Assembly (NCBI GenBank): GCA_051530055.1
Contig: CM121342.1
Coordinates: forward strand, 15,949,480-16,013,479
Direction of reading: 5' to 3'
Source of the DNA: Neoechinorhynchus agilis
Taxonomy: Eukaryota > Animalia > Acanthocephala
Length of the DNA: 64,000 nt
Below, piece by piece: positions 12,150 through 23,760 of the stretch (position 1 is its first letter; every line of letters starts with the position of its first letter). Made by a program: the position numbers and the translations under genes. Under the pieces are notes generated by a model. The model saw only the letters and a program-made list of their open reading frames with translations. It searched no databases and had not been told where the DNA came from.

Positions 12150-14272
12150 ATGTATTTGTACAAGAGTTGCTAACACTAAATATCTATTGATTGGATGCTT
12201 CCCTGTCTTTTCCTTTCGCAAATGGGTCCGTGGTTTTGTTTCTGAATAGTTGGTTAGGTTGAGCGTTATAGCAAGGCTTTTTTTCAGTTGGTAGTCTAGG
12301 TCCAAGATTTAAACACCGTGAGAATAGTGCCTGGAGTGTATTTCCATTGTTCTGTCTTGCTTGATTAAAATTCCTTACTCTGGGTATTAACGGGACAAAA
12401 TTTGATGGGACTGCGACATAGCGCTTATCAAATCTTGGCGGAGACGGAAATCCCCTCACGCTATTAGTGAAGAATGGACGATGCGGATCCAGTTGTTGAG
12501 GCGCACGAAGTTTTGGTTCTTGACTATTACTTTCTTTGATATTAGCTTGAGAACTGTTTATCAGGTTTTTGCTATATTGTTCCATTTCTGAAATCCAAAC
12601 ACACGATTTGCTTATGCGATCGAACGTAAAAGACTCAGATTCGTACCGATGAAAATGTGCTAGCGTTGTTTTCTGTCCCTAGAATTGAATGAATGGGATT
12701 CCCGTCCAAGTCAGCTGACGTGGAGAACAATGAGAAGTGCGTGATCACATTAAGGTGTGATCACGTGTATGCGTGATCACGGGTCAATTGGCTCCCGGAA
12801 CGGCATTTTCCTTTTATTCTTGAATGCTAATTCTGTATCTATGTGTGGCGTTTTCACGGCGGATAATTTTCCTTTTAGGTACGCCGCCCACCGATCTGGT
12901 TCAGAAACGCGCATAAAATCACACTTAATATCTTGAACTACACGGTTATGAGTGAGATGGGACTCATCAATGAGCTTCCTCATCTTACAATATTAAGTTA
13001 TTTCAAGTGCTTCCGTGAACCAGATCGGTGGGCAGTTTGCCCAAGGAAAATTATCAGCCGTGAAAAAGGCCACACTTAAAACGCAGAATAAAAGTTACCG
13101 GCTGGCCAGACTTCGAAATAATAAAATAATTCAGTTGGCTTAGAATTAAAAATCAAAAACTGGCAGTGTGTACATTCCATAGTTGTGCCGATGTGGTCAA
13201 GTGGAATAAAAGCTCCTGATTCCAGTTTGAGTCAAAGGGTTCAATATTCATTTTCGCCGTAACGCATAGCCAATAGGGAACGAAATATAACTGAAGGGAG
13301 GAAACTCATAGATGAGTCTCGCCTCCTCGGGAGGTATCTGATTATCCAGAGAGATGCAGAAACTAATAACCACGTATGGTTCAAGGTATTAAGTGTGATT
13401 TTATGCGCATCCCTTCACCAGATCAGTGGGCGGTGTGCCAAAAAATATTATCAGCCGTGAAAAAGACAACACATAGATACTGAAAAGTCTTTTATTCTTT
13501 ATTTATGTGTGGCTAATTGATTACTTTTTTATTAAGTGTCGAAGTAACCATGGTTGCATTGCTAATTATTTTCCTTTCTTTTAATTAAAGAAATAATTTT
13601 TAACTTATGAAATATAAATACTGTTATGAAAACTAAACAAATCCAAGCCCGCCAGAAAATTAGTGAGTTTTCTGAAACCCAGTCTTGATGGCAGTGCGAA
13701 TGTGATAGCGTCAGCCTATGATTTTCTTGAAATACTCAAATCCGTCAATTGAACGGACGATGTATGTATGCTCTCAGCTGGTGTTAGGGGAATGTTTACT
13801 CAGATGCCTACTAAAGAAGCGATTGAGCTCGCAATTACAATCCTAGAACAAAATGGCGCGTATAACCTAAGCAAAGTGGAATGGAGACAATAACTATAAA
13901 ATGTCGATATATGAGGTACCAAGTACACAAACTTTGAGTATGAAGGTGAGAACTGCGACCAGATTGATGGTACCGTGATGGGTAGTCCACTGCCGCCTGT
14001 ACTGGCAGAGCTTTATAAGGAGAATTGAGAAAAAGATCATATCGCCACAAAAGCTTGAATAAATATTTGGCTCAGATATGTTGATGACACGTTCATCCTG
14101 ATGAAACGGTCAACATTTTCGAAGGACCAATTCATACAATGGGACGTGGAAATGGAAAAAACATCTTCCTTAGCGTTTCTGGATCTTCTCATAAGACGAC
14201 AAAACCCAAGTTATAGGACCACTGTGTATCGAAAAGGGAACATTCCACACGGTGTGGAACCATGGACCTCTG
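12150..14272. repeat. ~2.1-kb dispersed duplication, copy 1 (copy 2 at 26335-28421)
   Basis: Near-identical sequence. Copy 2 lacks ~45 bp present at about 13170-13215, and the copies diverge after ggacctctgccc. Confidence 0.95.
12184..12585 (-). CDS. Orphan 133-aa N/Q/P/R-rich protein, copy 1
   Basis: ATG preceded by TTTCAG-AA. The frame and length are preserved in the second copy at 26371-26772. Confidence 0.55.
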   Translation of the reverse strand: MEQYSKNLINSSQANIKESNSQEPKLRAPQQLDPHRPFFTNSVRGFPSPPRFDKRYVAVPSNFVPLIPRVRNFNQARQNNGNTLQALFSRCLNLGPRLPTEKKPCYNAQPNQLFRNKTTDPFAKGKDREASNQ

Positions 14273-14690
14273 CCCATGCTGGTAAGGTGAGATTATCCGG
14301 GTAGCAATATAGCTTACTGTATTCGGGACGCACGCTATGCTATATTCAGGAAGCTATACGAACCCAAAGAACGGGTTTTTTTGAAGTTCCATTCATTAAC
14401 GATCAATGGACCAATAAAAATGCACACGGCCTTGCTGAGAAGGCAAGAAATTGCCCAGTATTATTAATCCTTGGCCAACTCCACTTCGGAAGAGTGCCTC
14501 TACGAGATAACATGTAAAGACTGTCCACAAATCTGTATTGGGCAGATTAATAATCTACGACGCAGGATTCGTAAGCATCAAAATGCTGTCAACAATAAAA
14601 CAGACCAAAGCTTAGCAGTAGTGAGCCACTCGACATCGAATCACGAGATTGATTTTGACAACGTCAATGCATTGATTTTGGGTCGGGTGC
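13670..14690 (+). mobile_element. Decayed Penelope-like element (RT to GIY-YIG)
   Basis: Broken frames give GMFTQMP, DGTVMGSPLPPVLAELY, WLRYVDDTF, LAFLDLLI and TTVYRK, then CLYEITCKDC…CIGQ…RIRKH. Many stops. Confidence 0.85.
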
Positions 14691-15710
14691 AGAAGATCCG
14701 CTCGAAGGGAGTCCGTTCGGGTATGAATATCCGGCCGGTTAGGGATGAGCGGTTATTTTTCGTTGGAAAGCCTTTGTATTTGGCCTTTCCTCGGGCTCAT
14801 TTCCCGTCATGGTATTCGAGAAGATTGGGTAGTAATGAAAAATGAGCGCTGGTAAAGGGAGCTGACTTTCGTTGGTTAATTGTTAGTTGTTGTGTTCCGT
14901 TCTTTCCTCCGAATCAATTCGCATTTGGGGGATTTAGCGGTTAGGATGAAAGAGCGGAGGTACAGATTTGTGCGAGGAACTGAAGGATGGAAAATGTTGG
15001 GGCGATGCGAATGTTGTAAGTGTGAGTAAAAGGAGAAATGTGTGGTAGAAATTGAATCGGAAGAGAATGAAGGCGCTTTGAATGCTTTTCAAATATTAGA
15101 GAGAGGTGTTTTTCTAAGGGCACGAGTTCGGAAGGGCAGATTAGAGCGCACCTCTTGGGAAATGTATTAAGTTTTTTAATAGTTTAGAAGAAAAATTGCA
15201 GAAAGCTGGACATGCTTAGGTGACCCTTAACAGGATGGCGGACATATAGAAGTACTTAAGATCTTTGAATGATAATCGAAGGAATCGGAGGCGTTTAAGA
15301 AGAGGGGAGCCGGTACATACGTAATGATTGTGATATCATCAGTATACAAGAAGTATTTAGAATAAAAAGAGGATGGAATAAGATTGTTCAGGAAAATGTT
15401 GAAAATAATGGGGGAGAGAACAACCCCCCCCCAAGGACAAGATAGTGATCGACGGAATCAAAAGCTTTATGAATGTCGATTTGGATGAGTCGAGAGATTA
15501 ATATGGGTTGTGCGTCGAGATTATGAAGAAAAGAATCGTAGATGCGAACAATGGCGCCCGTACAAGCTGAATGGGTGAAATTTTTCGATTGAAGATTGGC
15601 AGAAGGTGTGCTTTAAAGCATCTCTCTAAGATTTTAGAGAAGGAGGGTAAGATATAAATAGGCCAGGAAAATTCCGGTCTTGAAACTTTGGTTGATTATA
15701 TGGGTGCACG
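14690..15710 (-). mobile_element. 5'-truncated APE-type LINE (CR1/L2-like) RT fragment
   Basis: The minus strand carries VDIHKAFDSVDH- and YxDD-type RT remnants. The sequence is homologous to 29700-30990 and 43105-44275. Confidence 0.8.
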
Positions 15711-16429
15711 AAAAAATTGAAATTGCTTTTCGCATCTCACCTTACAACACCTTGAAGCAACGATCTAGAACAAAAACGTTCTGAGCAAAGGTGTCTATTA
15801 AAAAACGTTGCGAAAAACAAAGTTTGCAGTACTTGGACTCAATTTCATTGGAAAGATATGAAAAAATCAGAGCATAGCAGTTAACCTGAAGACGAAATCG
15901 AACCAAAATAAGCGATTGGACAGGAAATCAACTTCTCGTACGCAAATGGGCAGATATTAAAACACACCTTAAATACGATTGAGCGTTTCCAATACGATAA
16001 AAGAGTTCTTATTTATAAATAGTCTTTTCAGATTTCGCTCAAATTCAGACATTTCATAAATAGTTCTTCAGAATTTCTGATTGAGCCAACAAAATAATTT
16101 TAATGAGACACAAATCTAAATACCGTAATTAAAACTTTCATCATGGAATTATTGAGAAATGAGATGTAGGAAAACTAATTTTGTAAATTGAGTTCCAAAC
16201 AAAAAGTTAGAGTATGTGCATCGTCGTTGATGTCTGCAGTGCAAAAGATTCCGTCAGGAAATTTAATTTAAACATTCCAAATACATATATTAAAAATTAA
16301 TTTAACAACACACACATCGTCCTTCTCCTTGTACATTTTATCAGAATTTCCGGTACTTAAGTATTATATCGACCATCGCAATTAGACGGTACTAAGGTAG
16401 GCGTGTAATTTATAAGAAAATTAGGCGCA

Positions 16430-17234
16430 TCGGAAATAAATTAGTTAACTTGAATCCGGAGTGGCAAAGCTATCAAAACAAAGATACTGTTTTGTTGATT
16501 TTGTGGCAACGACTTCTTCCGGATGCCCGGCGTGCAACCATAGGACGTTTGTGTCGGCGAACAGAGGGAAGGACAACATACATTTGACCATCATAAACAA
16601 TAATAAATACCTCGTCTTGATTACGTGCAGCTGCTAAAATCTCAATATTTCGCCCGTCACCAGAAGTCCGACGAGAAGGACGAGATTAATAAGTCAGTCT
16701 CTATTTTTATAATCACCAAATGACACATATAAATGAACAACTTCTATACAATTCTTTATCTGTGAGGGTCGGCACTAGCCCTCCTGAAGGACCTGGGGAA
16801 ACGAATTTACGCAGCGACTGGAAAGCCAAGATCGACGTCGTTCTTGGCGCAAAAAATAAGCATTGCGGTGAAGTGGGGCAATGCGGCTAGCATTTTGGCC
16901 AGCGCCGATGAATAGGAGCGTTGATGAAACTATAAATTATGTATGTTCGAAAAAAAAACAATTTACCTAAATTTTAATTTCTTTCGATAGCGCTCGCATC
17001 ACAGAATTCAAGCGATTACGCTGTTTACCGAATTATTTGCTTTACTCGCGCAATCTAATTTTTTATCCCAGTGTTTGAGCGGAAAGCAAACCAAGAACGC
17101 GGCAATTTCGTATTGTAGGTAAAATTATTTAAATGATTTTATTATAAATCTCGTATTTTATAATGCGCGTCACAAAGTGTTAATCAAAATTTCGTTCCAT
17201 CTCCATCTTTTTTTACCTGTAATAAACAACAATT
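16430..17234. repeat. Duplicate of 9520-10135, with a ~190-bp insertion at 16764-16958
   Basis: Near-identical to 9520-10135 on both sides of the insertion. Confidence 0.9.
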
Positions 17235-18003
17235 TTTTAGAGGAGCTTATTTAATTTTGATTGGTTGTCTTAAAAGATCATAAATGTCATGAAATCATCC
17301 GCAAAACCGCTCTGGATCACTCAGCTGCCGTAATGATGTAATGGTCGAAAGGACGGATGCAGAGTTCCCCCGTGTTGCAGAGCCAGACTAATGTTTTGTA
17401 GGATAAATGCTCCTGCCCTCTGATCGCCAGTGACTCGTCTCAATCTTAAACAATTGCTTGACTAGGCCCCGCTCCGCGGTACCAAGCGACTAGAGCGTCT
17501 CGGCGCCAAAGGGAACAAAATAATGATTTCGACTCAGGTCTCTGTATTTTGTCCGCCTGCAAACGATTGATGCGCGATTATCACACCCACGCACACGCAA
17601 TCAATGCGCAATTTTCGAGTAGGGTATAAACGTTGTGCGTGTGGGCGAGGTTGAGTTGTTTACCAGTAAAAACTTGTTATCTGTCATGAGTACCACAATT
17701 GGCGGCGAGGTCTTGAGGACCATACTAGAGCAGCGGGAAAGTTGGCAGACTGCTATCGCGGCATAAAGAAAAAAAACTCGGAGGTTTAACAGGTAGTTCC
17801 ATTCCGACCATTCGATGACAAAAAGATTTTGTTTTGAAGGTTAATAAAGAGGATTTAGAAGATTTGACGGCAAATGATTTGACGACGATATATTTTTCAG
17901 AAGGTTTGAAACATAATAACTTTAGTGATGACGGGAGATATCAGATTAAAAAATGTTTTAGGACCAAGTGGGCGGTGCTAATGATTTTCCTGGAAGTTGA
18001 AAG

Positions 18004-20750
18004 ATGCGGATGGACAGTCCGATCTTCGCTGCTGCCAAGAATTACATTGCGATGTTGGAGCGTCTGAAGGGTCACGAACAACGGATTCAGTTCCTCACAA
18101 GGTGCCTCCGAAATAAAATACTCTCTGCATTCCTCGATGGTGTCCGTGTGCCGAAGGGTTTTTTTTGCGTGAGAAGCGCATCAGGGAAAATCTATGCAGG
18201 TTCCGGTTTGTTTGCCTCAAAGTCAGGATAAGAAATACCTGGAACTATCTACAATGTTTGAGGAACGATCTCGATATATGTAAGCAGTATTTGTCAGAAG
18301 TGTTGGGAAAGGAGGAATTTTCGCGTGTGATGGATATCGCGCTGGATGCTGGCCAAACTGCGAAGCGAACTTCCAAAGATCGAATGAAAGCGAAATATGC
18401 CGCGTTATGCGAATCGAAGGTCGATCCGAGCCGACCGAGGAGTCAAGTCTTACTCACCGACCGGATGACGTGCATTCCGGATGGAATGTTGAATAGAGAT
18501 GAACGTATGGTTCTCTCACGTGGACCGTCCTTTGCACCGACACATGCACTGAGGAAAGAGGATGTATTCCAATTGCAAGTGGACGTCGCGCGCTTAGCGT
18601 ACCAACTACGGGTAAAAGCTGTTCGTGATGGGGAACGTCTGGTTGCTGCAGAGGCCAATGCACCGCCTAGTTGTGAACCTGAGTGTGTCTCGCGATCTCG
18701 ACCGCGTTTTGATTTCGAAAGGAATGTATTCGCAGTACCGAGAGCTGATGATCACACAGAGAGAAAATTGTTGATGTTGCGAGAGGGCATAGAAAACTTG
18801 ACGGATCGTTATATGGATTACCGCTCGAAACCGAATCTTCCGTTGAGTGAACGACGAGCACTGAGGTCCCTGAAAGAGAAAGTGCAAAAGAAGGAGATGA
18901 GGATAACAGTGAGCGATAATGCAGGTGATCTCGTGGCGATGGAAAGCAGCGTGGAAAGTGCGATGATGGGGACGTTATTGGGTCACACTGATACATATAC
19001 AATGGCGACAAAAGACGAATGTGAGCAACAGCGCAAGGAGTTGAATGCTGCTCTTCGAAAAGTGATATCGGCTCGAGAGTTGAAAGGGATGAGCAGTTTC
19101 ACACACGGTCCATTACGTACGCCGGTTATGTACGGATTGGTCAAGACACACAAGATGCCTATTGGTCCGGTTACACCGCAAGCAGCCTCATTGCTGAAAT
19201 GCAGACCAATCATATCTGCGGTTAATGGACCAGCGTACCGTGTTTCTAGTTCCCTGGCTTCGGCTATCGGTCCATTGCTACGGAGGACACGGGCATTTGT
19301 GAGTAATACTGATGAGCTGCTATCAACGTTGCGATCGCGACAGAATGAATTGACCAACAGTCGCGTAATGTCTTTTGATTTCGTGGCATTGTACACCAAT
19401 GTGGACAACGAGGGAGCAGTACGTGCGCTGGAGAAAAGGTTGAAGGAGAATGAGGATCTTGACCTCTTTGGTCTACTACCAGACGATGTTATTGGTCTGA
19501 CACGATTGGTATTGAAGTGCAACCTTTTTCGTTATCGAAACCAGCTATATAAGCAAGTTCGTGGTCTCGCAATGGGAAATAGTTTGGCTCCGGTATTGGC
19601 CATCCTCTACCTCGATGACCTGGAAAGACTGCACATCTATCCACATTTAGTGTCGAGTCAAGTTTACCTCCGCTATGTGGACGATGTGTTGCTGACCTTC
19701 ACCGAGGATGATGAGGTCGATACCATTGAGTCACTATTAAATTCAATGGACTCGAATAGGAGGATTCAAGTTACAAGAGACCAACCTTCGGACTACCTGC
19801 CATTCCTCAATCACCGCTTCAAATCCGACGATGTGTCCAACTTCAATTGGTATCGAAAGCCATGCAGGAAGTCGATTGTGATGCACCGAGATTCTCACCA
19901 TCCTTGGGCGATGAAAGCGGCGATATACGCTGGTATGCATAAATCGGCAACCACCTGCTCATCGTCGTGGGACGCGAAGCGTGGAGCGGTAGAAGCAGTA
20001 AACAAGATCTTCGCGGACAACGGATATTCGACAGAGGAGATCGAAGGATTCCAGCGAGAAGTTGAAAATAGAATTAGACGGGACGTTGGACCCATGAGGG
20101 AACGAAAGGACGATAGGCCGATCCTACGAATTCCGTACGTTAGTGAAATGTTCACGAAGAGAGTTAAAGTACTGCTCAGGCAAGCAGGGTTGAATGTGCG
20201 TATTGTGCACAGAGGGTGTAGAACGCTGCGGAGGATGCTGACGAGAACGAGGCATCATGAGGATCATCAGGAATGCCCTCGGTCGTGCCTAATGTGCAGA
20301 TACGCAGCAGGTGCGAGGATGGACGAGGAGCGTCAGCAAGCCATTGATCGTGACTGGAAGATGTGCGATCAGAGCAGTGTGGTCTACGAGATCCGGTGTG
20401 AACGGTGTCGGATTGACTGTGGCCACTTGGTCACGTACGTGGGCAAAACAGAAAGGCCACTTCGCCAAAGGGTGGCCGAGCATGTACGAAACTCGTTGAA
20501 CCCAGGTGCGCAATCGTATGTGACGACACCGTGGGCAAAACATTATTCGCGAGTCCACCCGGATGGAACAGTTCAGCTGTCCACGCGCATAATGTACAAA
20601 GCGCAGGATCCCGTCGAACTGTCGATAGCGGAAGCGCTGATTATATCCCGAGAGACCCGGGATCGTGAGGACTCTAGCGGGCATCGGTCGGTCGGTAGGA
20701 CACTCATTAACCAGAAGGATGAGTTGTCTGCCGTCATGAATCTCATGTGA
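18004..20750 (+). CDS. PLE reverse transcriptase-GIY-YIG endonuclease polyprotein (~915 aa if 18004-18160 is joined to 18165-20750 by a -1 shift)
   Basis: YGLVKTHK, RPIISAVNGP, SFDFVALYTNV, GLAMGNSLAP, YLRYVDD and LPFL; linker CPRSCLMC…C; VVYEIRCERC…TYVGKTERPLRQRVAEH…WAKHY…H. The N-terminal QRIQFLTRCLRNKIL lies in the upstream frame. Confidence 0.92.
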
Positions 20751-20782
20751 ACTTCCACTCCACTTCACTCGCATTGTAGATT

Positions 20783-20821
20783 ACACCCTGAAGAAGCCGT
20801 TGGACGGCGAAAGCTAGGTGT
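20783..20821 (+). ncRNA. Minimal type I hammerhead ribozyme motif in the PLE 3' region
   Basis: acacc-CTGAAGA-a-gccgt(tgg)acggc-GAAA-gc-TA-ggtgt. Stem I is acacc/ggtgt, stem II is 5 bp, and stem III is the palindrome AGCT. Confidence 0.85.
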
Positions 20822-20869
20822 TTCAATAAAATCTCTTTCAGTCGGATTGTCAATCAATACAATCATCAA

Positions 20870-23760
20870 TAGATAAAACATGCGACTGAACAACCAAGCA
20901 GCGCTTAGTAATCTTATCAGAATGAAACTATTTGAGGAGCTTCTTCGCAGTAAAAGTATTAAGCATAAAAATATATCATTTAAAGTATCAGATTTGGTGC
21001 TAAACCCTCCGCCGAACATGTCCAAAGATGAGTCTTGAAAAGGAGTCCTTCGGAGAACATTTATCATCCTATGAATTAAAATTTTTTCGATATTAGTTGA
21101 GCTAACCACCTGAAATACTTGAGAGGAGCAAAATAAAGAGTTATGAGCGTAGGAATTGCGTTTGTTCCAAAACAGATTAACGTCTTCTTTAGAAAATAAA
21201 ATGAACTTATTTATGTTTTCTGGGAACCAAGCAGGGCTCGCCCTAACCCCGAAAATATTTCTGTATGAAATTTATCCAATGACTTCAGCGTAAGATACAG
21301 TGCTTATCCAGTTGGGGGTTTTATGTTTTCAGTCTATAAATTTTTTTAAAATAATGTTCCAAAATTTGGAACCGAATTTTTTTACTGATTCCAGCTTAGC
21401 TTTATTGATGTTATTACTGGCAAGCGTCCAATAAAATTCAAGTTTCCAGTGTTTACTTAAGAGAAAGTTACCACTAATTTCATTAGGGTCGATTTCTATG
21501 TAAAGGGTATAAAGATATCAGGTGTTTTTTCGCAGCGTCTGATATTATCCTATTAACATTGTACAATTAAATTAAATATCCCGTTACATCTTCCTCCCAT
21601 GGCAATTTTAGGTTTTAGGTCCAGTTTGCTGAAGTTGAAAACAATTAAATCGTGTCCCATGGCACGTTGATCTAAAAATTGAGTAGAAACTCTAACACAT
21701 ATATTCATGTATTTTTTAATGAGGCATGAACGAGTGAATGTCTCGTGACACATGAGGAAACGAGGGAAATGGGGTTAAATGTATGTTGTATAAATTAGTA
21801 AAATCCTTAAAAGCATTTAATGATCTAGTGCTAAAGTCCCCGACAATCACATCAGGAGACCATTCCCGGAACCATTGTGAGTAATCTTTTAAAAATTTAT
21901 TGACTTTTCTAGGCGGTATGTAAATATTACATAAAATGATACGCCCTGCATTGGTTGATAAAAAATCATTGATACAAAATAATTGGATGGCAAGATTTTC
22001 ATTTTTATTTTGATATAAAAGTTTGGGACAATGTTCTTTTTCTAACAAAAGTTTGTAACCCTCCCGAAAAGCCGACATGTTTAATCGATGGGTTCGTAAA
22101 AGTTCGAAATCGAATATGAAATGGCAGCTGAAGTGTCCGATTCCTGTATACAGATAACATCCTTTTCTAATATATTACCCTGTTCAATGACCTCACAAGA
22201 AATATGGCTACCCTTCGATATATTGTATGATATAATACTTTTATTTTTTGTCATAATGCAAAGGGCGAAGAGCAATTTCTTCCCTTAGGAAAAATTTACT
22301 GGTCGAGTTTTCTTTTAAATAGGTAGGGTCTGTAACATGATCTACAATCATCTCCTCGTCGGAATCTGGTATACCAGTCTCCTTATTTTTTTACATAATT
22401 TTTTAGCAGATTAATTTCTTCATCTTTCTCGTCGACTTTTTTAGAAAGAATTTTTATTTGTTCTTGTAGAAAATTAAGTTGAGACATTAAAGATTTAATT
22501 ATATTACTTTCTGATGATTGAATTATTTGATTTTGATGGAGGATAGGAGTGAGTTGGATAATTTTTATTGACCCATACGTTAGATTTTTGCCCACTGAGA
22601 TGTACACTTGATTTGAAATAATTAGCCACTGCGGAGCAGAACCTTTTATAGGCCTTGTGATTTCCACCGCCGTTGCAGCAAATTACTTTATTATTGTTAG
22701 TACAATCAGAGGACATGATTCTCGGCGCAAATTCCGCATTTCGGCTCATTTCTACATTGCGAAAGTGTGTGTCCCCACTGATTGCATTTGGGGCATTGCG
22801 TTAAGATATAATCATAAATAGAGTTATTTCTTGGAAATGAAAAATTTATCCAATGAGCTAGGAATCCGACTGAGGCTCCCTTTAATTTCTCAATAACGTT
22901 TACTGAACCTTGAACTAATAAGGCATATGGAGGTTTTTCCGGATTTCGATATAGTAATTTTATTGGTTCAACCTGAAATTTATGTTCAGAGTTGGAGGTC
23001 TTTCTTGTTCAAGTTGGGAATATTTTAACCAGAAGAGAACATTTTCGTAAAACATTACTGAAATCCACTTGGTTATCCTTTAACATTTTTGCAAATAAAT
23101 ATAATCCTTCATAACTTAGAAAGGCGATCATATGCGCCCATTTTGCGGAGAAGTGTTTCTTAATCTGATATATTTTAGCATTTTCCCAATTTTTCGGAGT
23201 TAGATAGTTGACAAAGTAGTTCTTAATGACATTATTTATGGTTGCATTTTTGATACTTTCTTTTGTAATACGCAAAATATACTCGTCTTTCAGTCTAGGC
23301 AGCTTCGGAATGAAACTTTTTGTTTGGGAAAGATGATCCTTCATTACGAACAACCATAATTGGAATTTGGTCATTCGCAAATAAACTGTGGGAAGCTAAC
23401 AACCCGTATTTATTACAAACAACAACGTTTGTGTGGAGGGGGCAAGAAACTAATTATACAAAACCACATTTGGAGAATCTTCAACTTTACTCAAATTAAG
23501 GTTTTCAATTTGACTTGACATTTCTTTGTCTGGAGGGTCTTTTCCTCGGAACTGTTTCATTGTTTGTTTTCGATCAGGCGCTGATTTTTGTGCATGGCGC
23601 ACGGCATCCCGAGAAATCCTTCTATAACCCAACGACGGAATGGGGTGTACCACATTTACGGCATCCCGAGAAATCCTTCGTTTCAATGATTCCTTCCCCC
23701 CAACGAAGGATTGGGATGCCCATGAATACGGCATCCCGAGAAATCCGGAGTTATATTTGT
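20870..23760 (-). mobile_element. Decayed Jockey/I-like LINE: 5' UTR, CCHC-type ORF1, AP endonuclease and the start of RT, truncated at the PLE tail
   Basis: ORF1 remnant …SSDCTNNNKVICCNGGGNHKAYKRFC; APE motifs VICIQES, ILCNIYIPP and VIVGDFS; RT-start remnant EKILIHRMIN…GFSTKSDTL. Multiple stops. Confidence 0.75.
23601..23746. repeat. Three copies of the 19-bp acggcatcccgagaaatcc (23601, 23658, 23728)
   Basis: Exact copies separated by 38 and 51 nt, at the 5' end of the LINE. Confidence 0.9.

Larger units (their letters stand above)
17240..20870 (+). mobile_element. Near-intact Penelope-like element (GIY-YIG type with Cys-rich linker, Neptune-like architecture); 5' boundary approximate
   Basis: Long RT-EN ORF, a 3' hammerhead motif, and a 5' region with a TATA-like gtataaa (~17623) and splice-like sites (donor aacag|gtagtt at ~17791, several tttcag/tttag acceptors). 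Confidence 0.8.

Noticed and set aside
17834-18067. 77-aa ORF upstream of the Penelope ORF as a separate ORF1
   Set aside because: It starts at TTG, is AT-rich and full of acceptor-like sites, so it is more likely intron or UTR.
18443-20774. Numerous antisense and alternate-frame ORFs (60-180 aa) over the Penelope ORF
   Set aside because: Shadows of the GC-richer RT-EN coding sequence with no motifs of their own.
23601-23746. CRISPR-like repeat-spacer pattern
   Set aside because: Only three 19-bp repeats with unequal spacers, no cas genes, a eukaryotic context, and a position within a LINE 5' end.
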